Positions 52,930 to 64,000 of a DNA stretch of 64,000 nt are shown here, in pieces. The stretch is from assembly GCF_004010195.1 (NCBI RefSeq), contig NC_057719.1, forward strand, positions 24,639,604 through 24,703,603, read 5' to 3'. The DNA is from Chiloscyllium plagiosum (lineage: Eukaryota). The translations under genes and the position numbers were made by a program. The number at the start of each line of letters is the position of its first letter. The stretch's first letter is position 1. The notes beneath the pieces are model-generated. The model did not search any database and had not been told where the DNA came from. It saw only the letters and a program-made list of their open reading frames with translations.

Positions 52930-55541
52930 AAAGTTATTGTCTTTTATTTAAAAGAAAAATATTTTCCAAGCAAAATCTAATTAAAACGAGACAACACAAT
53001 GTCTGGCAAAATTAAGTTCCAAGTGGTTTAATATGTAGAAAATAATTTTCTAACAATAGTTGGCAATCATTTCTGCATCATGAATTTCTGTTATTATGAT
53101 CTTCAATGATAGTGCTGAACATTTTAAGAGAAATATTCTCTGGGAAGCATTCAAGGTGAACAACTTTGCAATGAATATCCCAGTGTCATTCTTTCTTTTG
53201 CAATACTTCAGCCTCCAAAATTTTATTATTTAACCACTTTGGCAGGTACTGTAAGATCATGCCTCTGATAATGAAATGAAATAATGAAATGTGTACATGA
53301 GTATGTATGGTTGAACATAAAAAACTAGATATTGCTTCTCCTGTGTTTGCATGAAGTTTAATATGGAGAAATTATACTGTTTCAAAAACTGCAATATTAA
53401 CATATTAGGGAAGAAAACAAAACATGATTATACTTGAAGTCCCACAACAGACTAAACATAGGTTCTTAAAGATTGATCCTATGAGTATTGCTGAAGAACA
53501 TTCCAATCCATTTCCAAACAGTGTGGACAATTTTTCGAAATATATAGAAAAAAATACAGCAATGAAGCACAAACAAATGGGGAATTTTCCTTGAGTCTTA
53601 ATATTAAAGTGAATGCTCTTATTAATAAATAAAATGGAGAGCTCAAGGGATGTTACATCAATGTGTAATCGATGCAACTAAAAAAAATCAGTTATGAACA
53701 CATTCACAGTAAAGCCTGACTGGAAAAGGTTTTTAAAAGCAAGTGGGTGCAAAAATAACACTAGCAATTATTCCGCTGTTGTTAGTATTGCTATCAATCT
53801 AAATCTTGTCTAAAAAACCTTGCAATAGAAGTGTCTCCTTTATATCTAAAACAGCCTGCAGCCTGTCCCTTTCCCACAGCACTGAAACCAAAGGTCACCC
53901 AAATAAAATTGATTAATTCATCTCAGTGATTGAAGCTGGAATATTTCTGGTTATTACACTCACTGCTGGGTAATTTACTCACTCTGCCATCAAGTGTGAA
54001 CTTAAAGCTCTGCCCTTTAAATTTGCAGTTATCAAGATGATATAACAGCATTTAAATTGAATCATTGTTTTGATACGTTTACACAAAAACAGATTTCAAC
54101 TAATTAATTGTTTTTTAAAGATCTACTAATACAGCATTTTTGATCAAAATTGGAAGTCACTAGTAATTTTAAGAACAATAAATATGCAGGTTTTGTATGT
54201 ACTGCATACTCAGCTCCAACTGTTAACACTATTTTCTTTATAAATCTACAGTGTTGTAAGCCCTTATAATACTCATTAACAAATCCACATGCCTTGTTCT
54301 AATCTTCTTCCTTCACTGGTAAACTTTGTTCATTTCAAAGTAAGTGGCAAAACTGACATCTCAACCGTTTTGTTTTACAAGTATGATTCTTACAGCTTAA
54401 TTACTGAATTGTAGATATTCAACATCAGTCTATCTTTTTCAAGATGAAACAGATGAGCAAAGGTAAATAGTTAAAGTGACCAATAGGAATCAGAAGAGAA
54501 ATAGGAAAACGAATATCAAACAAAAATAATTGTAATTTACACTAGACCATTTTTAACTTAGAAAATACGCTTTTATCTTCCACTATAGAATTACATATTC
54601 ATTGTTCCACAAAATATGCATCTAATTTCATGATATGAGCAATAATTTACAGGAAAGTATATACAATCTACTGGATACTAAAATGACCAGTTTCTACCCA
54701 ATTTTCAATCATGTTTACATTGATCTAAAGATACTATTTACACCTACAGGCTAGTGGAAAACCAGCAGCTGAACAGGTAAATCAGTTTCATTTCAATATT
54801 ATTGCAAAGTATATCCTCAATACTATGTTTTCACATACTTGATACTTTTAGGAGTTAGCATTCTTCCAGAGATAGAATTGGGACACTAAGTAGATTTTTT
54901 GATGTACAGAGAAAGGTACAGTTTTAGTAAATGTCAAGAGCAAAGAAACAGCACATTTTCTAGTACACCTGCATATATTCCAATAGAGAATATACAGAAG
55001 AACACGATATCAGAACTGACATTACATTTGTTTGCCAATATTACAAGAGTGTTGTTAGATAAGGGAAAGAACAAATATGCTTTGAACAAACAAAAATAGT
55101 AATCTAATCAGGAATTGTATTTTCAACAACAAAGTGATTATAGGAAGGTACAGTATCACTCAAATGTGCTAATTTAATGGTAATTTAAACAACTCACAGA
55201 AGACAAAGGCATGTGAAATAGTCCATTTAAAAAGACTTTTATAAACAGATATGTAGATAGTGTATGACATCTCAAACACTCTGTGCAGTTCAATTGACGT
55301 ATAAGATTGATCAATCTATAGTATTAAATTACAAAATACTTTCTCTAATAAAACTGAGTTCATTATAGTATTTATGTGCAACACTTAATTAATCTTTTAC
55401 AATATTTATAAAGTAGATAAAATGATTATATATACACACACAGAGGCTGTTCAGTTGCCAACATGCATCTAATGTGTTATCAGCATAACAGGCCTGACAA
55501 GAGATACTACTCCTTCAAGTCAGGGTACATAAAAAGGCAAT
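52930..55541 (-). other. UNC79: Probable UNC79 3' UTR (end uncertain)
   Basis: AT-rich ~2.6 kb downstream of the stop with no repeat I recognise. Minus-strand ATTAAA near 55175 and 53030; AATAAA near 53225 and 52945. Confidence 0.4.
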
Positions 55542-55742
55542 TTAAAGAGGATAAAATTGAGATGCAGCTTCTGATGACTGTATTTCCACCTGAGCCATTT
55601 TGAACTGAGTACATTGCAGCCATTTACGGAGTACTGATGAATTTGTGCTCATCTGCCCAGATCCCTGGAAAGACTGCAAGACATGATGGTTGACATTATT
55701 CTGGATTGATTGAAGGCGCAACTGCAGACCCGCTGAAAGATG
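55542..55742 (-). CDS. UNC79: UNC79 last coding exon, 66 aa plus stop: HLSAGLQLRLQSIQNNVNHH...LRKWLQCTQFKMAQVEIQSSEAASQFYPL*
   Basis: Acceptor ttaactcaacag|CATCTT and TAA stop at 55544-55542. The C-terminus matches the recalled UNC79 end (KWLQCTQFKMAQVEIQSSEAASQFYPL). Confidence 0.96.
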   Translation of the reverse strand, partial: HLSAGLQLRLQSIQNNVNHHVLQSFQGSGQMSTNSSVLRKWLQCTQFKMAQVEIQSSEAASQFYPL

Positions 55743-55857
55743 CTGTTGAGTTAAGGCCAGGTGGAAATTAAAAGTTGATTAGTTATAATATTTATTATTA
55801 AAAAGTAAAAACAATGTGCAATCATACTAACCTTTGGTGGTTAGCAATAACACTTAC

Positions 55858-55899
55858 CTTTAAATTTGACTGAATCATTGGTAACCACATTGGTATCAG
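55858..55899 (-). CDS. UNC79: UNC79 penultimate exon, 14 codons: LIPMWLPMIQSNLK
   Basis: Acceptor tttttcttctttgaacag|CTGATA and donor TTAAAG|gtaagt. 42 nt, followed by a 115-nt intron. Confidence 0.95.
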
Positions 55900-56399
55900 C
55901 TGTTCAAAGAAGAAAAATGTTACAAATTATCATTGTTTTCAACAGTTAAACAAAACATTAGACATTAATTCCCTGCCAAATGACTGCAACCAAAAAGTAT
56001 AAATTATGTTGAAATTTTATCAACTGTAATCTGCTACTAGCACCTTAAGCATCTATAGATTCTAAAATGCAAATTATTTGGAACAATTTAACAGTGAAGA
56101 GCTGAATAGTGCGATGACACAGAGAATGCTGGAGAAATTCATCAGGACAGCAGAAGGGTTCTGAAGAGTCATCCCAGACTTGAAAAATTAACCCACTGCT
56201 GTCAGATCTGCCAAATTTCTCCAGTGGTCTCTGTGGTTGCTTCAGATTACCAGCATTTTGCTTTTATTACTATGATGACAGACCACATTAGAACTTCGAT
56301 CTTTTCTTTCTTATAGCTTTGTGACATAGATTCATCTAAGCAATTTGCACCTTAATTATCCTGTCATTAACAAGTGATAAGCAAACACATGGGACTGAA

Positions 56400-57600
56400 T
56401 TTTCCCATTTCCAGTGAGTGTTTTGCCGAGTGAGATTCGCAGTGCCCGGTCCATTGTGGCACATCACACAATCTTCTGCATCATCACTGCTGGGACCTGC
56501 CAGCATCATGTCACTGGCACAATATTTAAATACCAACTGCACACCCTTTGGATGCTGGAAGCAAGGAACTGCTCCTCACACCATGCTGCTTGACCAGTAT
56601 AACTGAGGACATGGCCCCAAAAGGAAAGTTCATACAGTGATTTTCTAATAGAGACTGAGAGGTGCTGTTTGATGGTGGAGCAGAAATACCTTATTCTAAT
56701 GACAACCAACGGAAGCCATATCCCCAGTCTCAACTCACCAAGACCGAGTTAGTAGACCACATCCTTTCTGTGTCCCAGGTTAAACACACAGCAGTGCAGG
56801 AAGAAGGTAAATGATCTTCAGTGTTCTGCAAGGTGAAGTGCCACCATCTTCTCTCTGTTACCTCACAATCACTTTGACTGGGCCACTGCACACATACCTC
56901 TCACCCAGACTTATGCGTTACAATTCTTACTATTGCATACATCATGTCCATTCGACAACCCTCACCCACCTCAACTTCCCAAACTACTAACTTGCTTCCT
57001 GCTCACTCAACTTGGGCACTTCATCACCTTTCCTGTTCTTCCAGCCATTCCATCATACTCAAGCCCTGCCCTTAGTGAGCTTCATTGCGCTGCCCTCCCA
57101 ATTCCACCAGCACTAACTCATTATTAATCTGTATGAGTTCTTAAACCCTTTTAGACAACTAATTCCTGCTCTTCTCTTATGTGGATACATGTGGCATTCA
57201 AAAAACCTTGGGCAAAAAACAGCTGTCTGCTGGAGACACTCAGCTCCACCTTCATCTTGGAGGTGGAACCTACTGATGCCTGATAGAATGCACGAACAAA
57301 GTTGTCACCTGCACATCCCACCAGTTCAGAGACTTTCAAATCAGTGAGTTCTCCATGCAGATTAGACTCAGGAGCACATTCTGGTGAGCACATCACTAAC
57401 ATATCTCCATAACTGAGGAGAAACCCCAAGGGCACTGGCACTCCAAATACTGGCTGTAAGCCACCACAATAGGTCGACCTAAAGAAAAGGCACCCATACA
57501 CTGCACAAACCAGGCCCTCCCACACTTCAAGCCTAGTATGTGAATGCAGGAGCTCTAAGACAGTGGCTTCCAATGATACTATGGAATGTGTTTCCAAAAG
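56400..57600 (+). mobile_element. Harbinger-type relic in a UNC79 intron (Myb/SANT remnant at 56611-56832)
   Basis: MAPKGK...FSNRD*EVLFD...QQCRKKVNDL followed by a gt donor. Outer limits uncertain. Confidence 0.55.
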
Positions 57601-57834
57601 GCCAAGCCCAGTTGTTAGCTTCTACTTTCGCTTGTCCAATTACATAAGCTCAGCTGACATGACAAGGAAGTTGTGTGAACAATGCAATGGTCCTGATTAT
57701 ACACTCCTGGACAAAGAACTGCTCATGAAGTACAATTTGCACAGAATTCTATTTTGAATTGCTCCCCTTTCCCTCAGTGACCCCAACCCCAATAAGCCCC
57801 TGGCCATCATTGAGCAAATCCCCATGACTGACAG

Positions 57835-58047
57835 TATCGATAAATTGTGGAGCTGCAAAAAGCACTGTAGGTCAAGCAGCATCAGAAAAGCAGGCGAGTC
57901 AAAGTTTCGGGCAGGACCCTTCATCAGGACAAGTCCTGCCTGAAACTTCGACTCTCCTGATCTTCTGATGCTGCTTCACCTGCTGTGCTTTGTCCAGCTC
58001 AACATTTTATCGACTCTGACTTCCCAGCATCTGCAGTCCTCACTATT
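57835..58047. mobile_element. Fold-back Penelope-type repeat with a hammerhead motif, in a UNC79 intron
   Basis: 57836-57917 is inverted against 57933-58012. Flanks CCCATGACTGACAGT and CCCATATCTGACAGT are TSD-like. Confidence 0.75.
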
Positions 58048-61000
58048 CCCATATCTGACAGTGGCTCACCCAGTCAATAATGTAACATTAGCAGCCTGCA
58101 AAAAGCTCTAATATTCCTGTGCACTAAAAAGCAATGCAAGTCACAGAGTATGGCAGTTTCAAGTAAGCACAAAGTAGTCAGCAATATGAAATGAAGCTAA
58201 GAGCTTAGATTGGTGGTTTCCTGATAGTGGCTTGTGCAGACAAAGAGCGGAGGAAGATAGCATCTATGGAGTATGAGCAAGTTGTAGTGAACACCACGTT
58301 GGATGAAGGCCATGATGAGATTTCAGTCACCAGGCACCCATTATGACTTCCATGTCAAGAATTTGTGCCAACTAGGTTATTGAGGAAGGGGAGAATTGGA
58401 AGTATGTAAATGAGGTATGTAGAGCTAAAAATGAGGTGCACAGCTATGGGAATAAGGTAGCCGTTACTCAATAGGAAGATTCTGAAGTCGCCATTTAAAG
58501 CTTAAGGAGAAAATTGAGAATATTTTCTCAATGAAGAGATTCTGATTTTGTTTCATTCTCACCATTTTCCATGTTACTCCTGAAAAAAGAAAATCCTGCT
58601 CATGGTGCTTTATGCAAATTCATTGTGCCCTTGAAGACCTCTTGACATCCATTCTTTGTATAAGATGCAAGTTTGTGCAATTTATTTGTTCTTTGCTCTC
58701 CAAAACGACCATGAGTCTCAGTAAAAAGGCTGATTTGTGCATCAATAGCATATATCCCATTTGTATAAAGACACAGTAGTTGGAAGATTAGTTATTAGTG
58801 ATGTTCATCTCATTATGCAGATCAGTCAGGTCATATATTGCTTAAGCCACAGAAACTGCAACTCCAACACACACCAACAGGAACCTTTCAACTTCATTTT
58901 AAACAATGCTTAAAAATCCCGTAATTTTCCATATTGTTCTCAGTATTAGTTCAGCTGTCTCAGTGGCACTTTCATCATCAAGTAAGGGGTTTACGGACTC
59001 AAACCCCATTATCTCACCTCAATACAATGCTGATTAAGTGCTGCATTACTGGAGGTACTGTCTTCAGATGACTCAGATAAATGCACAAGATTTTAACTCA
59101 GTATATTTTTAAAAAAGCAAATGCAGTTTTCTTGCAGTTATATTCAACATTTTCTCTACAACTAGCACAAATAAATAGATTTCCTGGTTACTGACTCACT
59201 GTTTAATTGGCTCTTACTAAGCCCAATAGGTTACCAGAGTTACTGCACATTGACTGCTTTTGAAAAATAATCCAGTGGCTGTAAAAGATGTTGAATGTCA
59301 TGAAGAGGTAACAGAATGTAAACTAAGTGAAACATATTCCTTCCATATTGAGCTTTGAATTAACTGCACATTGGCTTGCTGAAAAATGATACAATAATTA
59401 TTTATATTATAATAATTAGCTATGCATATCTATCTCATATTATCCAGGATCTATATTAGGCTATAAGAGCAAAATTGTGATGGTTGTATTTTCTTTTCTA
59501 TCTACTAGGGTTGGACATCTTGACCAGAATGAACTCCACCTTCGATGATATGAAGCTTGACAGAATGTCTGATTTATGAAATACAATTATTCTGCATTGC
59601 CTATGTCATGGATTCAAGTTATTTGGATCTATGAATCTAACTGTGGCTTTACTAATTTCCGGGGTGATTGAATGTTATTTGATCATGAAAATGTCAAAAA
59701 TGAAACCAACCAAACTCCAAGGATAATAAAAATACCAAGATTTCATAAAAATACCATACCCTTCAATGTAGGCTCAAAATTATGGAAGTTCTTATAAGTC
59801 ATTTACTGGAATCATATCAAGCCATCTAGTATAGTTTCTAAATAAAATCCATCTAACCAGGAACTAAAAGTCAAAGGGAATTTATTTCATTACAATAATA
59901 AAATCAGCATTCACAATGCATTCTGTGGTGTAAAATGGGATTATTTCTCATGTAATATTTGAAATGCTCAAAACCTGAGTCATAGCAGTAAATCACAAAA
60001 ATAAGTACCTTTTTATAAAGAACTACTGTTCATTTTTAAAATACAATCATTATTGACAGTGATATTTCCATAGTTTGCATGTTGAGCATTATGAATTTTC
60101 CACCTTTATGTAACTGAACCAAACAAAACAGTGTTAGATTTTCATGGGGGAGCTTGGAAGTTTCAGTCATGAAATATTCTGATCTAGCAGGCACTCCTCC
60201 CTAAATGGCCCACTCCCAACTGTCCTTTAATTCCCAGGTGCAGGATGGAGTCAGGCCCTCTGCCTCTGAATGCAGTGGAAGGTGGTCAATTATGTTGCCG
60301 GCAAGAGCTGAGGTGGACTGATTAGTATGTTCATCTCAGTTCTCTGGTACTTTTGTCCAGTTGTATTAGGCTTCTCCCCCTCACCCCTCACCACCCCCAT
60401 GATCCTATATAAATAAAAAAAAGTATTAGTGCTCCCATTCAAAAATGCTTGATACTAAAAAAAAGGCAATGCATGAAACCCATTTAAACAAATCAAATGA
60501 CATTGAGTAATTGATATGTTGCAAAAACAAATAAGCATCGATTTCACTAACTACATTAAAGACAATTAATTGTTCAGTAACATCCAAAGATCTACATAGT
60601 CCCCTGCTGAGATAAGTAGTTTTAGATCTTTTGATTCTCATCATTATAATACACCTTGGAATATCTAAATAATGGACTGTACTGAAATTGCTAAAACAGG
60701 GGGCTGATTTTCTTTTTTGTAAGCTGACCATCATACTGTCGGCAAAAATGGGGTCAACCAGAACTGGAGGCTGGACCTTTACATCTAAGTTCCTCCAGAT
60801 ATTTTTAAAGATCCCCTAAGTCATACTGACTCAGTGAAGATATGTGCCATGTGTGTTTTAATTCCAATGATTTAGAGGTAGCTTCACACAGTAATGGATT
60901 TTGTTTTTTGTTTTCAAAATTAGAATAACTTGAGTGTAAATTTCTCATAACAGATTGCTAAAATAAATTCATATCTTAAAATTATGTGGTGGAGCAAATC

Positions 61001-61100
61001 CCTGTTAAAAGGAGAATGAGTGCCATCCAGTTAGCATAGGCATGTAAGTATTCTGTAAAAACATGATCTCTCACATCAGATATAATAAAAATGTAATTAC

Positions 61101-61178
61101 CTTCACAAAGATGGTTGAGTTGCATTCCTGTAGAGCTTCCATCAGGTTGATAACATGCAAGCAAACCATTTCTACCAT
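61101..61178 (-). CDS. UNC79: UNC79 coding exon, 26 codons: MVEMVCLHVINLMEALQECNSTIFVK
   Basis: Acceptor cctgtgttgtag|ATGGTA and donor GTGAAG|gtaatt. 78 nt, in frame with the neighbouring exons. The ORF track does not show this frame. Confidence 0.95.
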
Positions 61179-61855
61179 CTACAACACAGGGAATAAATTT
61201 TCACTTGAGAAAAGGTTAAAATAAAAGTTAATAGGTTTGTAAAGTTGGTTTTTCGAGCATTATTCAACATATTTGCACAAATGTGAAAAGTTGGAAATCT
61301 GAAATAAAACTGAGAAAAATGTTAATACTCTAGCAGCATTCTTGGAGACAAAAGGAGAGTGAACATTTTGAGTCACTGGCCTTTCAGGAAAGGTCTTAAG
61401 CATGAATACTGCTCCTTTCTTTGGACACACTGCCTGACCTGATCAATACACTAGATTGGATTTAGGTTATTGACTTTAAGGATACTTCTATAATTAATCA
61501 GAGAATTGGTGACACAATGGTTGTGTCCATGTCAGCTTTGTGCAGTAGGAACTCAATTTAGTTTCACTTCCCTCCTTTACCCTGTAGCCCTGAAAATATT
61601 TTCTCTTTGGTTAATTATTCAACTCACTTTTGAAAGAATCAATTGCATCTACCACATTCTTAGAATTGTAGCAGTACAAGAAGTTGGCTTGCCAACAATT
61701 TCTCAAGTAGAATTAGGGCAAAAGTTTTTTTAAAAAACAGATCAAACCACTTTACTGATTTTTTTTTTAATAAAGGGCTTTTTTCTTGTCACCTTTGGTT
61801 CATTTGCTTTAAATGTGGTTTTCAAATGGTGACCAAAAGGGAGATTCTCTCTCAC

Positions 61856-61890
61856 CACCTGATGAAGGAGCAGCACTCCGAAAGCTAGTG
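61856..61890 (+). ncRNA. Putative minimal type I hammerhead ribozyme in a Penelope-type repeat (61853-61940)
   Basis: CAC-CUGAUGA-A-GGAG CAGCA CUCC-GAAA-GC-UA-GUG: stem I CAC/GUG, stem II GGAG/CUCC, palindromic AGCU in place of stem III, CUA cleavage triplet. Confidence 0.7.
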
Positions 61891-62259
61891 TGCTTCCAAT
61901 TAAACCTGTTGGACTATAATCTGGTGTTGTGTGATTTTTAGATTTCTCATGATTTTGGTATCTCCACAATACTTCATCAAATCTCATCTTAACATTCTCT
62001 TCTCTAAGGACATCAGTCCAAGCTTCCTTAATGTGCCTAAATAACTGAGTCCCTCATCTCTTGTACCATTTTCTTAAGCCTTTTCTGCACATCCCTAATG
62101 TTTCCCACCCTTTCTAAACTGTGGTGCATAGAATTCGACACAATACTCCAAATTAGGCTGAGCCAGTGTCTTAAAAAGGCTAACTATAACTCTCATGTCT
62201 TTGCATTCTTTTAGCCAGGGTAAAGAACAATAGGTTCAAATATTCTGTTTGTTACTCAC

Positions 62260-62457
62260 CATTTTGTTGTGAACCATCAGCTGTAAAATGCTAGGTGTCA
62301 CCCGACTCCAGAATTCGAGGGCTGTCAAAGTGGCTGTGCAAACAAACTCATTCAGGCTCTGTAGTGTCGGAATAGAAGCTGCTTGTTCGCAGTATACTGT
62401 CCAAAGTTGGGCAAATATGAATGCATGGAATAGGGAGCACATATGTAATACAGATGT
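62260..62457 (-). CDS. UNC79: UNC79 internal coding exon (fourth from last), 66 codons: TSVLHMCSLFHAFIFAQLWTVYCEQ...LEFWSRVTPSILQLMVHNKM
   Basis: Minus-strand acceptor ttttatttatag|ACATCT and donor AAAATG|gtgagt. 198 nt, phase 0/0. The peptide matches the vertebrate UNC79 C-terminal region as I recall it. Confidence 0.95.
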
Positions 62458-64000
62458 CTATAAATAAAAAGCAAAAAAATCAAATTTATTGCATTTAAGT
62501 TTCTACACATAACATTAAAGTCATAGCTTTTTTTAAAACAGCTATCCCATATTAAAAACATTTATGCAAGACTAATGGAAGTATTAATTGGTACATTACA
62601 ATGTTTAACTGATTCCATGAGATACTGTAAAGATGCTATGACTTTAACTTGTACTAACACAGGTACAGAAAAATAAGTAATACTTGAATGTACAGCCATT
62701 TGGTATTTTGGTTTGAGAAAATGGAAATCTTTCTAGCAAAGAGTTAATGACATTTATTTCAACTCATTATGTATTTAGTCAATGAGTGTTGATGCCATTT
62801 TAAAAGTTATCATAAATTGAATTGTTAGAAGCACAATAGGACAGCACAGAAGGAGACTATCAGGCCATTGAGTCTGCTGTGGCTCTTTTGAACAGTATTC
62901 CAGATAATCTCCCTGACCCACTCTTTCCCCATAGTTCTACAATTTGATCTCCTCCAAGAATTAGTCCAGTTTCCTCTTGACAGCTGCTGTTGAATCTATG
63001 TCTATAACCCTGTCAGGCAGAGCATTCCAAATGTGTCACAGGGATATATGCTGGGGTCTTAATTTTTTTTACAATTGATGTATGTGACTTTGATGAAAGA
63101 TTAAAGGTAAAGTTGCCTTGTTCAGATCAAAGAAAATCACAAAAAATAAAGAAAGGATGTAATGGAAGATACAAACAAGGAAAAATGATGGTTGATTAAT
63201 TCATTGCATTGAAAACAGATTCAAAGGGATGAATGTGAAACTGACACCCAGATGAATTTCAACCCGACTTTGTGCCTAAAATACCTTATTCTGGTGATAC
63301 TATTCTTGAAGTGAATAGGCTGATTCAGCAGGAGGCAAGCTCAGCACCCTGGAGATATAAATTGCTTATCTGGAACTAGTGGAAAATCAAGTAAACCCAT
63401 ACTGGGTGCTGCTGCTGTGCTACCAATGTGGTCCAGCAGTTCATGGAAGGACCAGGATGACAAAATGACATAAAATATTATGGTCACCAAATTGAAGAAA
63501 TGATGCTCATTCCAGGTTTAGTTATCCCTTCACATTTTACAAAAGTCAACATATGGAACTAAGCTTTATTTTGCAGCTTGGTGACCCTGACAGCTGTTCA
63601 TTAATGTGCATCAGTCTGTTTGGCTTTGCACGGAAAAAATATTGAAAATCCTATCTTTGTTGCAGACGGACCCCTAAACAAGTTCCTTAGGGAACCACTA
63701 CCTGGCATCAAATAGGATTCTGATTACCACCATTCCCTTTCAAAATTGTAAAACATCCAGAAGTGATGGGATCCAGTTGTTTCTCAGGGATACAACTTTC
63801 AACTCACTCCTGTACCCATTCCTGTCCCCATGACAACTGAAAATCCATCCCAATGTGCTTAATGAGGATCAGGGAACATTATCAAAATGCCCCAGAGTTG
63901 ACCTTTTTTATTAACTACTGCATTATATTAAACTGACACCCTGTCTATTTATTACAGGAGGATTTTAAAATCAAAACAAATGTCTAGCACCCTAGTCTAC

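Noticed and set aside
1..64000. CRISPR arrays, operons or other prokaryotic systems
   Set aside because: The sequence is a vertebrate intron/intergenic region, with no regularly spaced repeat-spacer array or dense ORFs.

Overview
Repeat-rich, AT-rich vertebrate DNA. The repeat set (HE1-type tRNA SINEs with (AATCT)n tails, young CR1/HER1-type LINEs) suggests a cartilaginous fish, probably a shark; this is an inference. The only protein-coding gene I can support is the 3' end of UNC79 (NALCN channel complex subunit) on the minus strand: four GT-AG, phase-0 exons at 62260-62457, 61101-61178, 55858-55899 and 55542-55742, ending ...SEAASQFYPL*. The rest is mostly transposon relics: CR1 and L2 LINEs, SINEs, two LTRs and Harbinger Myb/SANT remnants. 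Notable features: (1) two families of short Penelope-type elements carrying minimal hammerhead-ribozyme motifs, several with inverted ends and long target-site duplications, two inside UNC79 introns; (2) a ~490 bp SINE palindrome that looks like a local fold-back duplication; (3) an LTR followed by 32 nt of tRNA-Pro complement instead of the usual 18-nt PBS; (4) a 68-nt near-perfect hairpin at a LINE/SINE junction. Repeat boundaries are approximate, and family names are from recognition, not from a database search.
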